Shown here: positions 58,892-64,000 of the stretch, piece after piece
Numbering within the stretch: position 1 is the first letter of the stretch
How the letters are laid out: every line of letters starts with the position of its first letter
Assembly: GCA_963666735.1 (NCBI GenBank)
Contig: OY762926.1
Location: 256,001-320,000, forward strand
Origin: Gemmatimonadota bacterium
Lineage (GTDB): Bacteria > Gemmatimonadota > Gemmatimonadetes > Palauibacterales > Palauibacteraceae
Length of the DNA: 64,000 bases
Direction: 5' to 3'
Notes under the pieces: generated by a model
Databases searched by the model: none
Seen by the model: only the letters and a program-made list of their open reading frames with translations
Told to the model about the DNA's origin: nothing
Made by a program: the position numbers and the translations under genes

Positions 58892-61024
58892 ATGATCTTC
58901 CACAGCCCGCATCCCCCGATCACCGTCCCGGAGCAGTCGTTCTCCGACTATCTCCTGGGCTCTCTCGGCGATCGTCGGGACAAGCCCGCCTTCATCGAAG
59001 GGCCTACCGGACGCGTGGCCACATACGGGCAACTTCGCGACCAGGCACGCGCCGGCGCCCGGGGACTCGCGGCACGCGGACTCGGGCGCGGCGGCGTCGT
59101 CGCCATCTGCAGTCCGAACCTCCCGGAGTACGCGACGGCGTTCCTCGCGGTCGGCATGGCCGGTGGCTGCAGCACGACGCTGAACCCGCTCGGTACCGAC
59201 GACGAACTCGTCTCGCAGTTGAGCGATTCGGGCGCCCGCTGGTTCATCACCGTCCCCCCGCTCGTCGATCGCGCGCGAGCCGTCGCGGCACGGACGGGGA
59301 TCGAAGAGATCCTCGTGTTCGGAGAGGCCGGGGGCGCCACCGCCTTCGCCGACCTCATCGGAGACGGAATGGGTATGGATGCGGAATCGGCGGACATCCC
59401 CAACCCCGGAGAGGATCTCCTCACACTCCCTTATTCGAGCGGAACGACGGGTGTTTCCAAGGGAGTGATGCTCACGCACCGGAATCTCGTCGCGAACATC
59501 GAGCAGTTCAGCGCCATCGGCCTCGTGGAGGCCGACGATGTCGTACTCGCCGTCCTCCCCTTCTTCCACATCTACGGGATGGTCGTCGTCATGAGCGGCG
59601 CCCTGAAGGCGGGCGCGACGGTCGTCACCATGCCCCGCTTCGATCTCGAGGAGTTCCTGGGGGCGATTCAGCAATATCGGGCCACCTGTCTCTACCTCGT
59701 TCCGCCCATCGTGCTCGGACTCGCCAAGCACCCCGCGGTCGATCGCTTCGACCTCTCGTCCGTAAACTGGATCATGTCCGGGGCGGCCCCGCTGGGAGAG
59801 GAAACCGCCGTCGCCTGCCAGAAGCGGATCGGCTGCCGCGTGTTCCAGGGCTACGGTCTCACGGAGGCAAGTCCAGTGACTCACGTCTGTTACGGGGAGA
59901 ACGTCGATGCGGACAAGATCGGGACGATCGGTCCCGTGATCCCGAGCACCGAGATGATGATCGTCGACCTCGAGTCGGGCGCGCCGCTGGGACCCGGCGA
60001 GGAGGGAGAGGTGTGGGTCCGCGGGCCGCAGGTGATGAAAGGCTACCTCAACAATCCGGAGGCCACCGCCGACACCATCGACGCCGACGGATGGCTTCAT
60101 ACGGGGGACGTGGGGCGGGCGGACGAGGATGGCTACGTCACGATCGTCGACCGGGCCAAGGAACTCATCAAGTACAAGGGTTACCAGGTGGCGCCCGCCG
60201 AACTCGAAGACCTCCTGCTCGCGCATCCGGCGGTGGCCGATGTCGCGGTCATCCCCGTCGCGGATGAGGAGGCGGGGGAGATTCCCAAGGCGTGCGTCGT
60301 GCGATCGGGCGACGTGACGGGCGAGGACATCGTGCAGTACGTGGCCGCGCGGGTGGCGCCGCAGAAGAAGATCCGCGCCGTCGAGTTCCTGGACGAGATC
60401 CCGAAGTCCGCTTCCGGGAAGATCCTGCGTCGCTTCCTCGTGGAGCGGGAGCGGGCCCGGGCGGCGACAGAACAGGGACCGGCCGGCGGGGCGGGTGACG
60501 TGAGCGAGGCGCTTCAGGAGAGGTACGCCCCCGAGTCCATCTGCTTCGGGTGCGGCCACGCGAACCCGGAAGGGCTCCGGCTGCGCAGCTTTCCCTCCGG
60601 GGACCGTGGGGGCGCCGCAGGGGAAGATGCAGGTGAAGATGCAGGGGACGACGGAGACGCGAGCTACGAGGTGGTGGCGGAATGGACGCCCGGCCCGAAC
60701 CACCGGTCGTTCCCGGGAATCCTGAACGGCGGCATCATCGGGACGCTCCTCGACTGCCAGTGCAACTGGTGCGCGGCGCACTATTTCATGCGGACGCGCG
60801 GCGTGGATCATCCACCCGTCACGGTGACGGCCGAGTACACGGTCCGGCTCATGAAGCCGACACCCTCCGACGCGCCCGTCGAACTCCGCGCCCGGATCGC
60901 CGAAGCGGGCGAACGGAAGGTGCGCGTCGAAGCGGAGTTGCTTTCCGGAGGCGAGCGGACGGCCACGTGCACGGGGACATTCGTCGCCATTGCGGAAGGA
61001 CATCCGGCTCATGGAACGAGGTAA
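58892..61024 (+). CDS. 4-coumarate-CoA-ligase-like AMP-binding enzyme fused to PaaI-type hotdog thioesterase
   Basis: YSSGTTGVSKG, QGYGLTE, TGD, DRAKELIK, PKSASGKILRR; then CFGCG..NPEGL, ILNGGIIGTLLDC. Confidence 0.88.
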   Translation: MIFHSPHPPITVPEQSFSDYLLGSLGDRRDKPAFIEGPTGRVATYGQLRDQARAGARGLAARGLGRGGVVAICSPNLPEYATAFLAVGMAGGCSTTLNPLGTDDELVSQLSDSGARWFITVPPLVDRARAVAARTGIEEILVFGEAGGATAFADLIGDGMGMDAESADIPNPGEDLLTLPYSSGTTGVSKGVMLTHRNLVANIEQFSAIGLVEADDVVLAVLPFFHIYGMVVVMSGALKAGATVVTMPRFDLEEFLGAIQQYRATCLYLVPPIVLGLAKHPAVDRFDLSSVNWIMSGAAPLGEETAVACQKRIGCRVFQGYGLTEASPVTHVCYGENVDADKIGTIGPVIPSTEMMIVDLESGAPLGPGEEGEVWVRGPQVMKGYLNNPEATADTIDADGWLHTGDVGRADEDGYVTIVDRAKELIKYKGYQVAPAELEDLLLAHPAVADVAVIPVADEEAGEIPKACVVRSGDVTGEDIVQYVAARVAPQKKIRAVEFLDEIPKSASGKILRRFLVERERARAATEQGPAGGAGDVSEALQERYAPESICFGCGHANPEGLRLRSFPSGDRGGAAGEDAGEDAGDDGDASYEVVAEWTPGPNHRSFPGILNGGIIGTLLDCQCNWCAAHYFMRTRGVDHPPVTVTAEYTVRLMKPTPSDAPVELRARIAEAGERKVRVEAELLSGGERTATCTGTFVAIAEGHPAHGTR

Positions 61025-63035
61025 CGCGCGACGCGACGGACAGGATCACGGACGAGATCACGCGAACGTGCGCCGTCGGACCGCCCCGGCCCTTCTGGTC
61101 CTCGGCCTCGGACTCGGTCCCGCCCCCGGTCACGCGGCCGGCGCGGAGTGGGTCGCGCCGCTGGTGGCCCAGGCTCCGGTCCAGGCTCCGGTCCAGACTC
61201 CGAGCCAGACTCCCCTCGAAGTGTCCGAGGCCTCGATCCCGGAACTGCAGGACGCCCTGTCGTCGGGCAGGGTTACTTCGGTTCAACTGGTGGACGCCTA
61301 TTTGGACCGCATTTCCGCCTACGACCTGGCGGGTCCCCGTCTCAACGCGATCGTGCGCGTGCACCCGGGGGCGCGGGGGCAGGCGGAGCGGCTGGACCGG
61401 GAGCGGGCGGCGGGGCAGGTGAGGGGGCCGCTGCACGGGATCCCGATCCTGCTCAAGGACAACTACGACACCTTCGACATGCCGACGACGGGGTCGACGC
61501 TCGCGCTCGCGGGATCGGTTCCGCCGGACGACGCCTTTCAGGTGCGGAAGCTGCGCGAGGCGGGGGCGATCATCCTCGCCAAGACGAACCTGCACGAACT
61601 CGCGGCCGGGATCACGAGCATCAGTTCGCTCGGGGGACAGACGCGGAACCCGTACGACCCGGCGCGGAACCCCGGCGGCTCGTCGGGCGGCACCGGGGCG
61701 GCCGTGGCCGCGAGCTTCGGGGCCGTGGGCTGGGGGTCGGACACGTGCGGGTCGATACGGATTCCCTCGTCCGTTCACAACCTCGTGGGGCTGCGGCCGA
61801 CCAAGGGGCTGTCGAGCATCGACGGGATCGTGCCGCTCTCCCACACGCAGGACACGGGCGGGCCGCTGGCGCGGTCGGTCGTGGACCTGGCGCTCGCCCT
61901 CGACGCGACGATCGGGGCGGACGCGGCGGATCCGGCGACAGCCGCGATGGAGGGCCGTCCGCCCATCGAGTTCGCGGCGTCGCTCGATGCGGGTGCGCTG
62001 GAGGGGGCCCGCATCGGCGCGCTGGAGACGTGGCTCTCCGATTCGGGCGCGGAGGCACCGGTCACGGACGCGGTTCGGGCGGCGCTGGACGCGATGGTCG
62101 CCGCGGGGGCGGAGGTCGTCGAGGTGACGATCCCGGAGATGGACTCGCTCCTGGCCCGCACCAGCGTCATCGGCCACGAGTTCGCGCCGGACCTGGTTGC
62201 CTATCTGGAGAGCGTGGGCACTACGCCGGTCGCGTCGCTGGCTGAAATCGTGGCGCTGGGACTGCACAGCGAGCAGCTGGACGGCACGTTCAGGCGGAGG
62301 AGCCAACCCGGCGGGCGCGATGAGGCCGCCTACGCCGAGGCGCTTGAGCGGCAGTCGGCGCTGCGGGAAGCGATCGTGGCCTTCATGGACGAGGAGCGGC
62401 TCGACGCGATGGCCTACCCGACGCTGAGGCGCGACCCCGCGCTCATCGGCTCGCCGCCGGTCGGGGGGACGTGCCAGCTCGCCGCGCACAGCGGGCTTCC
62501 GGCGATCAGCGCGCCCGCGGGCTTCACGCGGACCGGCATGCCGGCCGGCATCGAGCTCATCGGCCGCCCGTTCGACGATGCGCGGCTGGTCTCGCTGGCC
62601 TACGCGCTCGAACGGGCGATCGAGCCGCGCCGCGCACCGCCCCGCACGCCTCCCCTCGTGGACGGCCGTGCGCCTGCCCCGCTCCGGTTCAGCGTCGCCG
62701 GCGATGGCGGCTGGGCCGGGCGGCTCGCCGCCCCTCGCCTCCACGGCAGCTTCAGCCTCGACCTCCCGCGCGGCACCCTGCGCTACGTCATCTCCACGAC
62801 CGGCCTCGGGCCGGCGCACGTCCACGCGATCGTGCTTCAGCGCCGCGGTAGCGGGACGCGGCCCAACGCGATCGCGCGCCGCATCTCGGGCCCCGGCTTC
62901 GCGTCCGCCGAGGGTACGCTGACGCTGAGTGCCGCCGACTTGGCCGACCTGCTCGATGGGCGGATGGAACTCGCGCTCTACACGGCCGACCGTCCGCTCG
63001 GCGCGGTCCGGCTCGCCCTCACTCCGGGGGGCTGA
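61011..63035 (+). CDS. Amidase signature family protein with C-terminal CHRD-like domain
   Basis: GPLHGIPILLKD, GGSSGG, GSDTCGSIRIP, QDTGGP; C-term beta-rich CHRD-like segment; start approximate. Confidence 0.88.
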   Translation: MERGNARRDGQDHGRDHANVRRRTAPALLVLGLGLGPAPGHAAGAEWVAPLVAQAPVQAPVQTPSQTPLEVSEASIPELQDALSSGRVTSVQLVDAYLDRISAYDLAGPRLNAIVRVHPGARGQAERLDRERAAGQVRGPLHGIPILLKDNYDTFDMPTTGSTLALAGSVPPDDAFQVRKLREAGAIILAKTNLHELAAGITSISSLGGQTRNPYDPARNPGGSSGGTGAAVAASFGAVGWGSDTCGSIRIPSSVHNLVGLRPTKGLSSIDGIVPLSHTQDTGGPLARSVVDLALALDATIGADAADPATAAMEGRPPIEFAASLDAGALEGARIGALETWLSDSGAEAPVTDAVRAALDAMVAAGAEVVEVTIPEMDSLLARTSVIGHEFAPDLVAYLESVGTTPVASLAEIVALGLHSEQLDGTFRRRSQPGGRDEAAYAEALERQSALREAIVAFMDEERLDAMAYPTLRRDPALIGSPPVGGTCQLAAHSGLPAISAPAGFTRTGMPAGIELIGRPFDDARLVSLAYALERAIEPRRAPPRTPPLVDGRAPAPLRFSVAGDGGWAGRLAAPRLHGSFSLDLPRGTLRYVISTTGLGPAHVHAIVLQRRGSGTRPNAIARRISGPGFASAEGTLTLSAADLADLLDGRMELALYTADRPLGAVRLALTPGG

Positions 63036-63057
63036 GGGCCGAGCCCCCTGTCGAGGG

Positions 63058-64000
63058 TCAGCGAACCTCGTTCGGCAGCCTCCGCACGACCACGCGCGGC
63101 ACATCGAGTTCGTCGCGCTCAATGAACGCGGCCAGTCCGTCCGGGCCGAAGGCGTCCGGCATCCCGGTCGCCCCGACGGCGTAGGTGCCGACGTACGCTC
63201 CTTCCGCCGTCAGGACATCGATGGGCCCGTCGCTTCGCGGCTCTTCACCCCGGCGCTGCACCCAGATGCGGCCCTCCCATGTGGCCGACAGGCCGCGTAA
63301 CACCGGAATCTCGTGGTAGTAGCGCTCTTCCAGGTCGAAGGCGACCTCCGGTCGAGGATTGTTCCCGTCGGCGCGACCGAGCATCATGACGCGCCTCGTC
63401 CCGCTCCCGCCGAGTGCTCTGCGGGCGGCCGTCGTCCTCTCCTCGTACGCCTCCCGGACCGCCTCCGTCACGGGCTCGGGTTCGAACGGCCGCCGGATGA
63501 CCCGGGTGACACCCCGCGCATCCGGGGGCGTGACCTTCAGCTCATACGCCGACGAATCGGAGTGAACGATGCTGCCATCGGGAAGGACGCCCACGAGGAG
63601 CGGAGGCTCGAACACGGTAGGCATGGCCATGCCGCGAAGCGCGTCTCGCAGTCCGGCGGGGGCCGATCCCGCCGCGAGGTCATCGAGGCCGGCTCGCGGA
63701 GGCAGCCATCCCTCCGCCACCGTGTCGGCGCGCGCGACCTCGCCGTCGAGTCCGACACGCAGCACCGGACGGGAAGTGGGTGGAGCCGCCGAGCCGCCCG
63801 CGCTCGTGATGAGGCCCGTGCCCCCACCGGCAATCACGGCTGCGCCGCGCGGATCCGGCTGAATGTCGTGGGCCGGGATCGATACGGCGTCGGGCCGGTC
63901 GTCCGCCCGGACCATGCGCTGGAACTCGCCGGAGGCGTCGAAGAGCTGGTAGGCGCGGTGGCCGACATCGCTCACGACCAGGGTGCCGTCCCGCAGCACC
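63058..64000 (-). CDS. 6-bladed beta-propeller protein (5' end outside window)
   Basis: [41 protein letters not shown]. Confidence 0.75.
   Translation of the reverse strand, partial: VLRDGTLVVSDVGHRAYQLFDASGEFQRMVRADDRPDAVSIPAHDIQPDPRGAAVIAGGGTGLITSAGGSAAPPTSRPVLRVGLDGEVARADTVAEGWLPPRAGLDDLAAGSAPAGLRDALRGMAMPTVFEPPLLVGVLPDGSIVHSDSSAYELKVTPPDARGVTRVIRRPFEPEPVTEAVREAYEERTTAARRALGGSGTRRVMMLGRADGNNPRPEVAFDLEERYYHEIPVLRGLSATWEGRIWVQRRGEEPRSDGPIDVLTAEGAYVGTYAVGATGMPDAFGPDGLAAFIERDELDVPRVVVRRLPNEVR

Noticed and set aside
61165..61215. 12-bp tandem repeats (similar short ones near 45340-45370, 55112-55137, 60617-60652)
   Set aside because: Short slippage duplications in linkers or gene ends, with no sign of a separate function

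Overview
High-GC bacterial window. The gene content (form I CO dehydrogenase, VPS10-like and 6-bladed propeller proteins, choice-of-anchor B, many TA modules) suggests a Gemmatimonadota-like, possibly marine host-associated organism; this is inference only. 1-7.9 kb: SDR, two TA pairs (HicB-MNT/HEPN and FitA/VapC), an M14 peptidase, a VOC protein, and an ATP-grasp + BCCT operon behind a Cys/Met-rich leader peptide and terminator. About 7.9-34.9 kb: a 27-kb defence island with RqlHI-like RecQ-PRTase/DprA, a UDG-fold protein, a NucS-like/DUF5655 nuclease and a type I R-M system. hsdM and hsdS are split by a NYN RNase with its own promoter/short RNA/terminator leader, DUF2283, a two-ATPase pair and AbiEi/AbiEii. 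HsdR carries a C-terminal AlbA_2/Schlafen domain. Then come an uncharacterised pair (possible HK97-capsid-like protein + Mrr-like nuclease) and a four-gene operon (unknown/unknown/MBL hydrolase/Schlafen) whose first gene is interrupted by an intact IS3. 34.9-64 kb: coxGMSL and accessory genes, secreted beta-propeller proteins, a truncated serine hydrolase, an AAA-DUF4143 ATPase, a VPS10-like protein, nfeD-floA, POT transporter, SURF1, an acyl-CoA ligase-thioesterase fusion and an amidase-CHRD. Family assignments come from motif recognition by eye; no searches were run.
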